Source: Escherichia phage teqsoen. Taken from it: a DNA stretch of 64,000 nt. Both the position numbers and the translations under genes were made by a program. The notes under the pieces are model-generated. The model made no database searches and had not been told where the DNA came from. It worked only from the letters and a program-made list of their open reading frames with translations. This document shows, piece by piece, positions 54,122-64,000 of the stretch. Numbering within the stretch: the first letter of the stretch is position 1; the number at the start of each line of letters is the position of its first letter. Location: sequence record MN895436.1; one strand, 5' to 3'.

Positions 54122-54383
54122 TTAGACTTTCCTTTTTACCACTGAGATAGGCGTTATATACTTTAAGAGTGCCATAATAAATTCGGTCATTTTCATCTAA
54201 AGACTCGCGGTCAAGTTCATCGAGCTCCTTTTTATCCATGACTATAACATCATTACAGTAAAGAAACCCAAGTTTTTCGTGACCAAACTCAAATTTATTA
54301 CAGTACACAATATTAGCGTGATGATTTCCGTGCAGTTTAATCTCTTTTATGTCGGAATCACCGATATTCATACAATAAATCAT
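54054..54383 (-). CDS. Hypothetical protein (denB.1-like)
   Basis: 109-aa ORF with SD AAGGAAAAA; overlaps the denB start. Confidence 0.5.
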   Translation of the reverse strand: MIYCMNIGDSDIKEIKLHGNHHANIVYCNKFEFGHEKLGFLYCNDVIVMDKKELDELDRESLDENDRIYYGTLKVYNAYLSGKKESLNAENESGFTETISDSDIYPIEQ

Positions 54384-54384
54384 A

Positions 54385-54417
54385 ATTTTTCCTTAAAACA
54401 AAAGGGCCGAAGCCCTT
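54385..54417 (-). terminator. Hairpin / candidate terminator
   Basis: AAGGGC-CGAA-GCCCTT stem-loop followed on the reverse strand by TTTGTTTT. Confidence 0.45.
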
Positions 54418-54419
54418 AT

Positions 54420-54614
54420 TTATTTGAATTGTGCAATTCTTTTCTCTAGACATTCAGCATAAGATTTCATTGAGATGAACTGTGAAAGTAGCAATTCTTG
54501 CTCAACTGCACTAACTGTTAGAAACTTTGCGCTTTCTAAAAATTTGCTCAGTGCATTAATTTTGAGCATTAATTGATCGTATTCTTCTTTTACTCGTGCT
54601 TGATAACCTAACAT
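54420..54614 (-). CDS. Hypothetical small coiled-coil-like protein
   Basis: 64-aa ORF. Confidence 0.5.
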   Translation of the reverse strand: MLGYQARVKEEYDQLMLKINALSKFLESAKFLTVSAVEQELLLSQFISMKSYAECLEKRIAQFK

Positions 54615-54628
54615 AATTTTCCTTAGTT

Positions 54629-54644
54629 AAGGGCCGAAGCCCTT
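54629..54644 (-). other. Hairpin overlapping the rIIB stop
   Basis: Second copy of AAGGGCCGAAGCCCTT, immediately before the SD of the next ORF. Confidence 0.35.
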
Positions 54645-55581
54645 ATTTAAATTGTTCAGTAACGTCTTCAACTACTTCGTATTGGCAGGTACGCATTTTA
54701 GCATCGTTGTAATCAATCGGAATTGATACTACATCACGCGGATGTACTTTAACTTTTACGACTCGGCTGGTTGAACTGCCAAAGTGACGAATATAAGATT
54801 TAGAACACACATGCAGACCACGAGAACAAGTTTGTGTATCATCGTCATTCACACGAGTACGTGGCATTTTAACTACTTTACCCGGACTGTTATCAAAGGT
54901 GTTTGAGTGACAGTCAAAGTAATTGCTGCGAACTACTTTCCAAGCATAGAAGTAACCATCTTCTGTAATTTCAATATCGTTTGCTACCAAGAAATCAAAG
55001 AGTCGAGATACCGCTTTTTGGCTTGGGTTTTCCAGCAGATTTTCCAAGAACGGGAAATAAAATTCAAAGTTTTCGCCTTTTTCCATCGAGTCAAGAATAC
55101 GATCAACTAAACCAGACCGCAATTCAATATTTTGATAGAACAAGCTTCCACCTTCAATTCGAACATCACCGGAAATATATTTTTCAACAGCGCGACGAAC
55201 ATTAATTTTTTGTGCAGCTTCTTCCAGCTTATCCGCTACAAGCAGATTAAGAATTTCCTGGAAGTTTGAATGAGTATTAGGAGTTGCGTTATAAGTTACA
55301 CCGTCAACAGTAATTGAAATGAATTTTTTAGATGCATTCCAAATAATGTCAGATTTAGCAACTGGAGCAATAACTGCATCGCTATTAACTTTAACTGTAA
55401 TATCACCACTAATAGTAACTTTAGGGCGTTTAGCTTCTTCAGCATTTTTCAAAACACGACGGATTGTGTCAACCGATACACCTTGCCAATCAGCCAATTC
55501 CTGTTGGGTGTAATTACCGCTTGAATACAGTTTAACAATTTCAGCTTGTTCGTTTTTGGTCAGGCATTTAATATTGTACAT
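54643..55581 (-). CDS. rIIB: RIIB membrane-associated protein
   Basis: 312-aa ORF, T4 rIIB length, adjacent to rIIA. Confidence 0.9.
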   Translation of the reverse strand: MYNIKCLTKNEQAEIVKLYSSGNYTQQELADWQGVSVDTIRRVLKNAEEAKRPKVTISGDITVKVNSDAVIAPVAKSDIIWNASKKFISITVDGVTYNATPNTHSNFQEILNLLVADKLEEAAQKINVRRAVEKYISGDVRIEGGSLFYQNIELRSGLVDRILDSMEKGENFEFYFPFLENLLENPSQKAVSRLFDFLVANDIEITEDGYFYAWKVVRSNYFDCHSNTFDNSPGKVVKMPRTRVNDDDTQTCSRGLHVCSKSYIRHFGSSTSRVVKVKVHPRDVVSIPIDYNDAKMRTCQYEVVEDVTEQFK

Positions 55582-55592
55582 AATTTTCCTTA

Positions 55593-57770
55593 TTAGGCCG
55601 CAAGGGCCTTCATAGTTTTAGCGATTTGGGAAACTTCATCATCACTTAAAGAACTGCGATATCCGATGAAGTCGGAAACAATACGGAATTTCTTGGTAAA
55701 CTCAGCAACCATTTTATCACTGTTTTTTGAAGCATTATTTGATAGTACATCAAAAAGATTAGTTACTGTCCAGATGTCATGACCAATGGTATCTTTTCCA
55801 CCATTAAAATATACGCCGCGCAATGAACTAACTATATTAGCGAGTCGTGTATATTCTTCAGAAACTTCATCTGTACTGAAGTACTTCATCATAAAATCTA
55901 GTTCAGGATACTTGATAATTTTATCAATATATCGTTGAGCTGAACTTGAATAACCTACGTACTTATCATAATCTACATCATCAAAAGCATCTACATATAA
56001 ATCACGCAGAGTTTCAAAAATACATTGGCACTGACCGAGTTCTTTTACCTTTTTCTGTAAAAGCGGACGAATAACATAAAATTCATTAATGCCAATAAGA
56101 TTAGCCATACGAATCAAAATATTCATAGATGGATGACAAAGAGATGTAGTACCATCCATAGAGAAAATATCAGAACGATGCATATACGCTACATAACCAG
56201 TAATTTCATCTGCTTCTGATGTGAGCGTAAATAGTTCCTCTTTTTCCCAACGCCCGTCTTTAATTTCAAACTTAAATGCTGTAGCAGCTTTAGGGCGAGG
56301 AGCTTTACTTTTAACTACCTTTGGAATATAGCTTTTAACTAAAGCTTCAATTTCTGACAAATAATGAATGTTAACTTCATCACTTTCAAACATCGCTATA
56401 ATATCAGGAAGCAAATCAATCTGCGATTCTACTTCTGGATTAATAAACAGAAGGCGTTCGTTATGATGAATATTCAAAGTGTTATTAAATTCACTATCAT
56501 CTAACGCATGTGCTAATCCACGGACAATATTAACACGATTTTTAATATTATCAATAACAATATTAATTTTTGTTGTATTAATACCAAACAGACGATAACT
56601 TGATGCAACGGCTGAAGTTTCATGACTTTGCTTAATGCGTTTCAGTCGAGGGTCAAGATTTACTTCATACACAACTCCTGCATTGCATAACTTACTGTCA
56701 GGTTCAAACATGCTCTGCATCTTTTTATATGACAGATTTTTAGTCGTGAATTTGACTGAATTACTAATCATATAATCTCGAGCAGAATATCCCATCTTCA
56801 TCAATTCACGATATGTGTGACGAGGAGATGTAGATTCTTTAAATCGCTTTACATCTTCATTAAATGCTTTCTCACTGAGTTCTTTAACTCGTTCAATAAT
56901 ATTTTTACGAGTACGATCATCCAGTGAAAGAGCCTCACGAGATGGAGCAATATCAAGTGAACCCATTGGAAACTTAATGTAATTCACTTCATTGCGAATG
57001 CTTAGCCAGTTACGGTCTCTAATAACACCATCGATAGGATAAACAATACCGCCATAGATAGCATATAATCCACCGCGATCAGGCCAGTATCTTTCTGGAT
57101 TTACGCCATAATAATCATCAAAATCCGGAAAATAATCAATTTCGCGGTCAAGACCATTAATGATAGCCAAATCTTTGAATGGTCGCATGATATAAGAAAC
57201 TTCATAAGCAAAGTTTCTAAAGTCTTTTTCTTCAACTGGAACTACGATTTCAATACCAGTTTTATCATTTGGACCCATTTCTTTTACGAATGTAGGTTTA
57301 ATTTGTGGACCATCGCCATCCATGTAAGCTACATAACCACGAATTTCACCTTTATGATACGAAGTAATACTAAATGTATCAGTATAACTAAACGGAGATT
57401 TAGAACCTAACCCAAATCCGCCAATGAAATCGTTAGATTCAGCCTTAGATGAACTGAAGTATGAATTATACAAACCAGGAGAATTATCATCACCCTGAAT
57501 ATCAAAATCACTCATACCCGGACCAAAATCTCGACAAACAAATCGTGGGTCTAAACGTCCAGGAATTTGTATGATAAATTTTTCAGGATTTCCATTAAGT
57601 GCATGAGCATCAATCATGTTAGTAATCAATTCACGGACTACTGCGCGAATCTTGTTTGTATACAAATCAGATGATAGAATTTTAAATACTTTAGGATTTG
57701 CTGCGATGCTAAATGCTTTTGATTTAGAACCATTACCAAGAATTGTTTCTTTTTCAGTGGTGATAATCAT
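55593..57770 (-). CDS. rIIA: RIIA protein (GHKL ATPase-like N-terminus)
   Basis: 725-aa ORF, T4 rIIA length and position. Confidence 0.92.
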   Translation of the reverse strand: MIITTEKETILGNGSKSKAFSIAANPKVFKILSSDLYTNKIRAVVRELITNMIDAHALNGNPEKFIIQIPGRLDPRFVCRDFGPGMSDFDIQGDDNSPGLYNSYFSSSKAESNDFIGGFGLGSKSPFSYTDTFSITSYHKGEIRGYVAYMDGDGPQIKPTFVKEMGPNDKTGIEIVVPVEEKDFRNFAYEVSYIMRPFKDLAIINGLDREIDYFPDFDDYYGVNPERYWPDRGGLYAIYGGIVYPIDGVIRDRNWLSIRNEVNYIKFPMGSLDIAPSREALSLDDRTRKNIIERVKELSEKAFNEDVKRFKESTSPRHTYRELMKMGYSARDYMISNSVKFTTKNLSYKKMQSMFEPDSKLCNAGVVYEVNLDPRLKRIKQSHETSAVASSYRLFGINTTKINIVIDNIKNRVNIVRGLAHALDDSEFNNTLNIHHNERLLFINPEVESQIDLLPDIIAMFESDEVNIHYLSEIEALVKSYIPKVVKSKAPRPKAATAFKFEIKDGRWEKEELFTLTSEADEITGYVAYMHRSDIFSMDGTTSLCHPSMNILIRMANLIGINEFYVIRPLLQKKVKELGQCQCIFETLRDLYVDAFDDVDYDKYVGYSSSAQRYIDKIIKYPELDFMMKYFSTDEVSEEYTRLANIVSSLRGVYFNGGKDTIGHDIWTVTNLFDVLSNNASKNSDKMVAEFTKKFRIVSDFIGYRSSLSDDEVSQIAKTMKALAA

Positions 57771-57780
57771 AATTTCCTCA

Positions 57781-57984
57781 TTAATTCATATTACGCTTAA
57801 TAACTTCAGCAACTTCTAGTAGTTCATCTTTAGTTGCGGTGTCGGATTGAATTTTATCTCTAATATCTTTAAAGCGGTTTTTAAATTCTTCGGCTTCTCC
57901 CATATCGAAAAAGCGTTGAATGATTCTATATTCTCGATGAACTGCTTTATCAAAAAGTTCTAAATTTACTTTATATGATTTCAT
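57781..57984 (-). CDS. Hypothetical protein (rIIA.1-like)
   Basis: 67-aa ORF with SD GAGGAT. Confidence 0.55.
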   Translation of the reverse strand: MKSYKVNLELFDKAVHREYRIIQRFFDMGEAEEFKNRFKDIRDKIQSDTATKDELLEVAEVIKRNMN

Positions 57985-58007
57985 TCCAATATCCTCATTT
58001 GCCCAAT

Positions 58008-58040
58008 TAATTATACCACATCCTTGTGGTAAAGTAAACT
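58008..58040 (-). promoter_or_regulatory. Early promoter element (reverse strand)
   Basis: Reverse complement GTTTAC ... TGGTATAAT (extended -10). Confidence 0.45.
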
Positions 58041-59856
58041 ACTGGCTCATCCATTCTTTACGAAGGTCAGCATTATCTCCCATGAGCATTTCAAAAAGCT
58101 CTTTCCAGTTCTCAGGAAGTTTAACAACATCATATACTGGATTTTGAATCATCTCACGATATTCAGATTTTTCCAAAGAGCCAAGTCCCTTAATATAACG
58201 GATGCTATGTTTAGGTAGAGCATCTTTGGCACTCTCATATTCAGCGACTGTATAAAACCATTCTTGTTTTTTACCGACCTGAGCGATGATTACAGGAGTT
58301 TTGACAAAGCGAATTCTTCCTTGCTCAAACAATTCTGGCCAATTACTAAAAAATCCGAGCAGAGAAGGATAAATGCTTCCTAGACCATCATGGTCAGCAT
58401 CAGTCATAATAGCGATATTATGATAATTCAAGTTTTCAGCTTTTTCACCGAGAACTAATCCAGTTATTGCGCAAATATCAAATAGTTCTTTGTTTTTAAG
58501 CATATCAGCATATGACATACCCCAACTGTTGAGAACTTTACCACGCAATGGATAACCACCATGAAGTTCTTTATCACGAACATCAATAAGATATCCGATA
58601 GCAGAATCGCCCTCAGTTAAGAATAGTGTAGTGTCAGCATCTTTACCACAAAGATTCGCTTTGATGTGTTTATGAACCTTAGCTTTAGAAGCCTTTTTAG
58701 CTGCTTTAGTTTCTGCTGCTTTTTCTGCTGCCAATTTACGGGCCAAGGCAGCTTCAATAATTGGCATCAAAATAGCTTCATTATTTAGAATAGCGCGTGA
58801 AATCTTTTTAGCATCAAGCTGAATATGACTACGAATTTCGCCAAATGGAGAAGTCAAACGCTCTTTAGTTTGAGAATCAAATCGCATGTTTTTCATATCA
58901 CGGACAAACATAACGATAGTCAAACATTCTTTGACACGCGCTTTAGTCACATCAATTTTGAACTTACGTTTGATTTGCGGAATAAGGTCTTCACAAATAT
59001 CATCCATAACACAGTCAATGTGATGGCCACCATTCTTAGTGTGAATGTTATTCACATAAGTTAATTGGCGAAATCCATCCGGTGAACGACCAACCGCAAT
59101 AGAACAATTTTCTTGTTCTTGAACAATAGCATGTTCATCATACTGTCGTGCATATTTCTTAAAATTGCCCTGAACCTTTTTACCATTAAAGGTAAATTGA
59201 ATATCAGGATAAACAACAGCAAGTGTCTGGAGACGATCTAGTGTAATGTCAAGATAAACTTGGGACAGCTCATTAGTTTCAAATGACATAAAATCTGGAA
59301 TGAAAGTAACACGAGTTCCTTTCCATTTTCCAGGAATAGTTTCCCAGGATTTATTTTCCATGCCATTTGAACAACGAACTACAATATTATTTTGACCATC
59401 GCCAGTTTCACCGACAAACATCACAGAAAAAATGTTAGTTAAACTAGAACCAACACCATTCATACCACCGGTGACACGTTCTTTATCATCACCAAAGTTA
59501 CCACCCGCTTTTGGAATAGTCCAAGCAGCAACTGGACCAGGAATTTCTTCACCGGTAGGTGTTTTAACCATCGCTTGTGGAATACCACGACCGTTATCTT
59601 CAACTGTTACTTGATTGTTTTTAATAGTAACATTAATTTTATTTGCGAATTTAAACTTAGTACGAATACCTTCATCGACTGAGTTATCGATAATTTCATC
59701 AATAAGCTTAACAAGACCAGGTACATACTGAACACTTTCCCATTTACCAAACAGAAAGCGCTCATGCATTTCATTAGCAGAAGAGCCAATGTACATGCCA
59801 CTACGCTTTTTGATATGTTCAATATCGCTCAGAATTTTAATTTCATTCTTAATCAT
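58039..59856 (-). CDS. 39: DNA topoisomerase II large subunit gp39 (single uninterrupted ORF)
   Basis: 605/606-aa ORF with GHKL ATPase and TOPRIM-like regions; no split into separate 39 and 60 segments. Confidence 0.92.
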   Translation of the reverse strand: MIKNEIKILSDIEHIKKRSGMYIGSSANEMHERFLFGKWESVQYVPGLVKLIDEIIDNSVDEGIRTKFKFANKINVTIKNNQVTVEDNGRGIPQAMVKTPTGEEIPGPVAAWTIPKAGGNFGDDKERVTGGMNGVGSSLTNIFSVMFVGETGDGQNNIVVRCSNGMENKSWETIPGKWKGTRVTFIPDFMSFETNELSQVYLDITLDRLQTLAVVYPDIQFTFNGKKVQGNFKKYARQYDEHAIVQEQENCSIAVGRSPDGFRQLTYVNNIHTKNGGHHIDCVMDDICEDLIPQIKRKFKIDVTKARVKECLTIVMFVRDMKNMRFDSQTKERLTSPFGEIRSHIQLDAKKISRAILNNEAILMPIIEAALARKLAAEKAAETKAAKKASKAKVHKHIKANLCGKDADTTLFLTEGDSAIGYLIDVRDKELHGGYPLRGKVLNSWGMSYADMLKNKELFDICAITGLVLGEKAENLNYHNIAIMTDADHDGLGSIYPSLLGFFSNWPELFEQGRIRFVKTPVIIAQVGKKQEWFYTVAEYESAKDALPKHSIRYIKGLGSLEKSEYREMIQNPVYDVVKLPENWKELFEMLMGDNADLRKEWMSQ

Positions 59857-59904
59857 CACTTATCCTCGTTTGGTTTCGGGAATATTATACTCCGGTAATC
59901 ATAA

Positions 59905-59927
59905 AGCTAAAGGCCCGAAGGCCTTTT
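59905..59927 (-). terminator. Hairpin / candidate terminator
   Basis: AAAGGCC-CGAA-GGCCTTT stem-loop after the lipoprotein ORF. Confidence 0.45.
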
Positions 59928-60195
59928 ATTTAAAACGAATAGTTGAATCCTTAAAGAACAGCCCAGAACATACTGTTCCTTCTACTTTCTGCCCGGTAGG
60001 TCCAATAGCACGAAATCCAGTATGTTGGAAATCATTTTCAGAGCAACCGAACCAGTTATATCCAGTGATTTCAATATTCGTAAAACCACTTGATGATAAA
60101 ATTTTAGTTGCATTATCAGCATCAGTACATCCTACTAAAGATACTGCTAATACTAATGCTGCGATAGAACGATTAATATATTTCATAATTTTCAC
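59926..60195 (-). CDS. Predicted lipoprotein (39.1-like position)
   Basis: 89 aa; signal peptide with lipobox SLVGC. Confidence 0.6.
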   Translation of the reverse strand: MKIMKYINRSIAALVLAVSLVGCTDADNATKILSSSGFTNIEITGYNWFGCSENDFQHTGFRAIGPTGQKVEGTVCSGLFFKDSTIRFK

Positions 60196-60563
60196 TTAAA
60201 TTTAATAGCTTGAAGAAGACTAATAATTCTCAAGCGACTTCTTTCATCTTTAACTGTAAAGGAAAGAGGGTCGCCAGATTTCATGGTAATAGTGCATTCA
60301 AAATCAAAATCTTCTGTGACTTCTTCGAAGAAGTCAAATTCTTCAGCATAAATTAGAACATTACTCTGCATACTGTGAAGAATTTTTCCGTTATTTCCAG
60401 ACGCTGTACTAATCATCGTAACATTATGACCTTTCATATCTTCAACGATAAATTCGCTTGTAGATATTACAGCATTAATAGAACCATTCCTATAAATAGC
60501 AGACATTAGATATTTCTTTTCTTCGCCTTCGCGAATACGATATTTCTTACCGATTTTAAACAT
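60192..60563 (-). CDS. Hypothetical protein (39.2-like position)
   Basis: Track start is GTG; first ATG two codons in (MFKIGKKY...). Confidence 0.5.
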   Translation of the reverse strand: MFKIGKKYRIREGEEKKYLMSAIYRNGSINAVISTSEFIVEDMKGHNVTMISTASGNNGKILHSMQSNVLIYAEEFDFFEEVTEDFDFECTITMKSGDPLSFTVKDERSRLRIISLLQAIKFK

Positions 60564-60565
60564 AA

Positions 60566-60742
60566 TCACCCTTTAAGTAAATCGTAAAAACCACCATTCA
60601 CATGCTTAGGAGCAGAAGGCCGACGAGTAGACAAACGATGACATTTAGGGCAAACATCATTTTCTCGTTCAGAAATCTTTTTAATTTTTTCATATTCATG
60701 CCCGCAATCTTCGGATTGGCATTTATAATCATACATTGGCAT
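60566..60742 (-). CDS. Small zinc-ribbon protein (58 aa), absent from the ORF track
   Basis: Translates MPMYDYKCQSEDCGHEYEKIKKISERENDVCPKCHRLSTRR... with CxxxxC...CxxC spacing. Confidence 0.5.
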   Translation of the reverse strand: MPMYDYKCQSEDCGHEYEKIKKISERENDVCPKCHRLSTRRPSAPKHVNGGFYDLLKG

Positions 60743-60744
60743 AA

Positions 60745-61170
60745 TTATTCCTTAAAATGAGCTTTCAGCATCTGATACAAGGACCATGCCTGTTCATTAT
60801 TTTCAATAGTAACTTTCATGACAGGAAATTCTGTGAAATCTTCTATTTGTTCTTGCTCTTGCTCTTCCTGCTCTTGCTCTTCAGCTGCCTGATATGGATT
60901 TTCCACTTCATCAAAGAACTCGGCTTCGTTAGTAGAGAGCCAGATAAAGTTTTCGTCAAGGATATCACCATGTGTTGCATATCCAATTGTGCCAGTAAAT
61001 GACATAATTTTAGTAGGACGACCAAGATGGTCAACATCTAAAATTTTAAAAGGATGCATACCTAAACGTCGTGCATAAATTCCGTTATCAGTATGGTCTT
61101 TAATAAAAGCTTCTTGAGCTTGTTTATTTTTAAATTGATACCATTTATTAACTTCAAATTTAATAGCCAT
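60745..61170 (-). CDS. goF: goF-like protein with acidic EQ repeat
   Basis: 141-aa ORF; internal [12 protein letters not shown] low-complexity tract; position after 39.x as in T4. Confidence 0.5.
   Translation of the reverse strand: MAIKFEVNKWYQFKNKQAQEAFIKDHTDNGIYARRLGMHPFKILDVDHLGRPTKIMSFTGTIGYATHGDILDENFIWLSTNEAEFFDEVENPYQAAEEQEQEEQEQEQIEDFTEFPVMKVTIENNEQAWSLYQMLKAHFKE
60842..60885. repeat. CTTGCTC-type short tandem repeat inside the goF-like ORF
   Basis: ttcttgctcttgctcttcctgctcttgctcttc encodes the EQ repeat. Confidence 0.5.
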
Positions 61171-61385
61171 TAATAAATTTCCTTCCAGTAAGTTGTGCCA
61201 TCTTCAGTAATTTCACGAAATACACCGTAAATTGGTTGTTTATCACCAACCTTTTCATACACATAAACCGAAGTCAAGTGAGTAAACTTGATGGTGTGTT
61301 CCTTTTGAACTACTACCAAATCTGGATCGAATAATACATCTTCAAATTCGTCATTAGTGCAGTTCTGAACAATTTTACGTTTCAT
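61170..61385 (-). CDS. cef: cef-like protein
   Basis: 71-aa ORF; position and length as T4 cef. Confidence 0.5.
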   Translation of the reverse strand: MKRKIVQNCTNDEFEDVLFDPDLVVVQKEHTIKFTHLTSVYVYEKVGDKQPIYGVFREITEDGTTYWKEIY

Positions 61386-61398
61386 TACAATTTCCTCA

Positions 61399-61680
61399 TT
61401 AATTAAACATTGGAGCGATACGTTTCAGAAGAGTAGCAGCACCTTTAGCGAATTTTACATCATGAAAAACAGTTTCTTCTTCTGTAACAACTCGAACTTT
61501 AATATTTTCACAATCCCAATTTTTACGAACAATCTTCAAAAGCTGCAGTAAATCTTTACATTCAGCAATATCGATAACACATCCACGAGAATCTTCCATT
61601 ATCGCACGATAACCGTAAGCCATACCACAATCATTGAAAGATTGCTCGATGATAATTAAATTTTCCATTTTATTCTCCAA
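61399..61680 (-). CDS. Hypothetical protein
   Basis: 93-aa ORF. Confidence 0.5.
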   Translation of the reverse strand: MENKMENLIIIEQSFNDCGMAYGYRAIMEDSRGCVIDIAECKDLLQLLKIVRKNWDCENIKVRVVTEEETVFHDVKFAKGAATLLKRIAPMFN

Positions 61681-61765
61681 GTTGTTTTCTGTATCAGTAG
61701 TTGATATTGATATAGTACCATAATCAACTACTGATGTATATAGTTTTATGAAAAAAATTTAAACT

Positions 61766-62257
61766 TTATGCATAGCGAGCTTTGCTGTAGTGTTTAATCC
61801 AACTTTCAGGAATGACTTTGTATGTTCCTAAAAATACCGCGTTGTATAACTTAACGCCATCTTCTACCCATTGATCAGTAATGTATGCACACATAGCGCG
61901 AGTACGGTTAACAACACCTTCCTCACCTTCAGTAAATTCAAACTCATAAGGAGCAACGAACTTGATAGCTTGACCGAGTTTCCACTTAAAGTCTACACCT
62001 ACATGCGAAGTATCAATCGTTTCAATTCCTTTAGCGGGAACAGCTTTCAAAAACGCAGGCTCAAGAAATTTCCATCGAACATAACCAAACTGAGGTTTAG
62101 ACATTCCATCTTTAGGAATGATACGCACTTTTACTTCAGAATCTTCATCTTTAACACCATGTTTAAGCTGAATGCTTACGACTTCAACCAATTTTCCTGC
62201 TGCTTTAGAACGGGATTTATCAGATACACGAGCAATTTCACCGATATTAATATTCAT
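61766..62257 (-). CDS. motB: MotB DNA-binding protein
   Basis: 163-aa ORF at the T4 MotB position and length. Confidence 0.8.
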   Translation of the reverse strand: MNINIGEIARVSDKSRSKAAGKLVEVVSIQLKHGVKDEDSEVKVRIIPKDGMSKPQFGYVRWKFLEPAFLKAVPAKGIETIDTSHVGVDFKWKLGQAIKFVAPYEFEFTEGEEGVVNRTRAMCAYITDQWVEDGVKLYNAVFLGTYKVIPESWIKHYSKARYA

Positions 62258-62297
62258 AATTATCTCTCACTTGTTAAAAAGATTTTATACTCCGCAG

Positions 62298-62332
62298 GAC
62301 CATTATACTCTGGTCCCAAGAGTTTGTAAACT
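62298..62332 (-). promoter_or_regulatory. Early promoter element (reverse strand)
   Basis: Reverse complement GTTTAC ... GAGTATAATGG upstream of motB. Confidence 0.45.
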
Positions 62333-62834
62333 AGCTTACACGAACATTAATCACTGCGCTGCGAGGAACTACAGAGTACTCTCCAGCATGAACTACGTTC
62401 AGAAGTTCAACGCCATCTTCAATCCACTGGTCAGTTACCCAACCACCGACCGGATTCGCGAATGGACGACGAATGTAAACCGCCTTACACAACAAATCAG
62501 TCGGGTCTTCAATTTTTTCAACTGGTGCCACATACATAGAAACTAAATCCATATCAATATGGAATTTTTCCTGTTCTTCTTTTTCAATTTCTGTCAATAG
62601 ACTAAAATCTTTTTCATAAATAATAAGCGATGACACCATTCCATAATAGTTTCTAATTTCAATATACATCATGCCGATAAGAATTCCGCTATTAACACTA
62701 ATAACAGTAAAAGGATATCCGCCAGTTAAAGCAAGAAGTTCACAAAACTTATTATGAGATGTATTAGACAGTACCGGAAAATTCTTAATTTCATCAAATT
62801 TTTTCAATTGATAAACAGCATTATTTTTAATCAT
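62331..62834 (-). CDS. MotB-like paralog
   Basis: 167-aa ORF; C-terminus WVTDQWIEDGVELLNVVHAGEYSVVPRS aligns with MotB YITDQWVEDGVKLYNAVFLGTYKVIPES. Confidence 0.6.
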   Translation of the reverse strand: MIKNNAVYQLKKFDEIKNFPVLSNTSHNKFCELLALTGGYPFTVISVNSGILIGMMYIEIRNYYGMVSSLIIYEKDFSLLTEIEKEEQEKFHIDMDLVSMYVAPVEKIEDPTDLLCKAVYIRRPFANPVGGWVTDQWIEDGVELLNVVHAGEYSVVPRSAVINVRVS

Positions 62835-62844
62835 AATTTTCTCT

Positions 62845-63357
62845 TTAATCTAAGGTAATAAAGCCTTTTAATTCGGCATGCGATTTGCGGAACATTACTT
62901 GATGTCCGCCAATGATAACTTGGTCATCTGGCACTTCATAAATCGCAATGTACATTCCACGTTCTTTTAAGTCTTCACGCTCTTCTCGAGTGAACCATCT
63001 CATCATATCATATTCGCTAGCGAAAGCAAAATGATATAATGCAATAAACCACAATGGAATATAATTTTCAATTCGTGAATAATCTTTATTCCATTTAGTT
63101 TTAATAACATCATTAGCATTTTCAACTAATAACTTATCATCGTGTGGAATAGGAATACTTTCATGGCTTTCATAATTATCGCTATGATGATGAAATGACG
63201 ATGAATTAATACCGCAAAATTTTAGCCAAGTTCGAGTTTTCATAGAATCAAATCCACGATAAGGAGTTGATTGAACGCATAACTCTTGCCTAATTTTGAC
63301 TATACCACTATCATCATTTAATGCGCTAAACGATGATTCAACACGATAAATTTTCAT
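62845..63357 (-). CDS. Hypothetical protein
   Basis: About 170 aa from MKIYRVESSF... with SD GAGGATAA; upstream track extension overlaps a promoter element. Confidence 0.5.
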   Translation of the reverse strand: MKIYRVESSFSALNDDSGIVKIRQELCVQSTPYRGFDSMKTRTWLKFCGINSSSFHHHSDNYESHESIPIPHDDKLLVENANDVIKTKWNKDYSRIENYIPLWFIALYHFAFASEYDMMRWFTREEREDLKERGMYIAIYEVPDDQVIIGGHQVMFRKSHAELKGFITLD

Positions 63358-63369
63358 TTTATTATCCTC

Positions 63370-63406
63370 AGTAGCTATGGTGTTATAATACCACAACTAA
63401 CCGAGG
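63370..63406 (-). promoter_or_regulatory. Early promoter element (reverse strand)
   Basis: Reverse complement GTTTAC ... GGTATTATAAC. Confidence 0.4.
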
Positions 63407-63420
63407 AAGTAAACAACTTT

Positions 63421-64000
63421 TTATCGTTTTGTTGGAAGAGACAGAGGATCGCAATCTTCCTCTGACGGAGCATCTTCAAGACCCATAGCGTATCGCAAAG
63501 CATACTTCATCATCAGGATGTCTTTCGCACAGTCATGAATAGAATCATGTGCAACGAATCCATCTAAAGTTCCCTTTGGAAGAGGACACGTGGTCATATC
63601 ACGAACAAGCAGAAGTGCTTCAATTCTGGTACGAATATCACGCTGATTCCAGAATTTACATGGTTCTAACTTAAATGTATCAAGCTCATTCTCGGAAACG
63701 CCATTAAGACGTTGAATATCGCGAATGAGATCGACTAAAATTGGAAAATCAAACGACATTCCACGGCACCAGCCTTGAGATTTCCAAGGATCGATATTAT
63801 GTGCATTGATGTAATCGTTGAATTTTGCAATACCATCAATGGTGCTTACATCTTCATCGGATGATGCAATATTTTTTCGAGCTTCAGGAGACTGATTTTT
63901 CCACCATTCGATAGTGCTTTTAGTAAAAAGACGATGTCCTTTTTGGCTTTTTAAATCAAATTTGATTTTAATGCCACGTGAAACTAGTTCATCGAATGAT
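63421..64000 (-). CDS. dexA: Exonuclease A, C-terminal part (gene runs off the window end)
   Basis: Reading frame stays open upstream of the track Met to the window end (...DELVSRGIKIKFDLKSQKGH...WKSQGWCRGMSFDFPILVDL...), matching remembered T4 DexA. Confidence 0.8.
   Translation of the reverse strand, partial: SFDELVSRGIKIKFDLKSQKGHRLFTKSTIEWWKNQSPEARKNIASSDEDVSTIDGIAKFNDYINAHNIDPWKSQGWCRGMSFDFPILVDLIRDIQRLNGVSENELDTFKLEPCKFWNQRDIRTRIEALLLVRDMTTCPLPKGTLDGFVAHDSIHDCAKDILMMKYALRYAMGLEDAPSEEDCDPLSLPTKR

Noticed and set aside
55595-55609. GC-rich hairpin AGGCC-GCAAG-GGCCT near the rIIA/rIIB junction as a terminator
   Set aside because: It lies inside the last codons of rIIA (encoding ...KALAA) and is followed directly by the rIIB SD and ATG, so it is more likely coding-constrained than a terminator

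Overview
This window reads as one contiguous 64-kb segment of a T4-like (T-even, Tevenvirinae) phage genome, and I found no foreign island, only a few candidate accessory novelties. All identifications are from reading the translations against remembered T4 proteins and motifs; no database search was run. Gene order is T4-like: uvsY, baseplate hub genes 25-26-51-27-28-29-48-54, two tandem Alt-family ADP-ribosyltransferases, DNA ligase 30 with its small-ORF cluster, rIII, 31, cd, pseT, a spanin pair, alc, rnlA, denA, nrdB, nrdA, td, frd, 32, 59, 33, dsbA, rnh, long tail fibre genes 34-38, holin t, asiA, arn, motA, 52, ac, stp, ndd, denB, rIIB, rIIA, 39, motB and the 3' part of dexA. It is not T4 itself: td and nrdB are uninterrupted, gene 39 is a single 606-aa ORF, no homing-endonuclease ORFs are present, and gp37/gp38 are of the T2/T6 adhesin type. 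The observations most worth follow-up are the tandem Alt pair with unrelated central domains, an extra ORF wedged between frd and td, a NADAR-like protein in the ligase cluster, and a MotB-like paralog. Coordinates of features I derived myself (small ORFs, promoters, hairpins) may be off by 1-2 nt.
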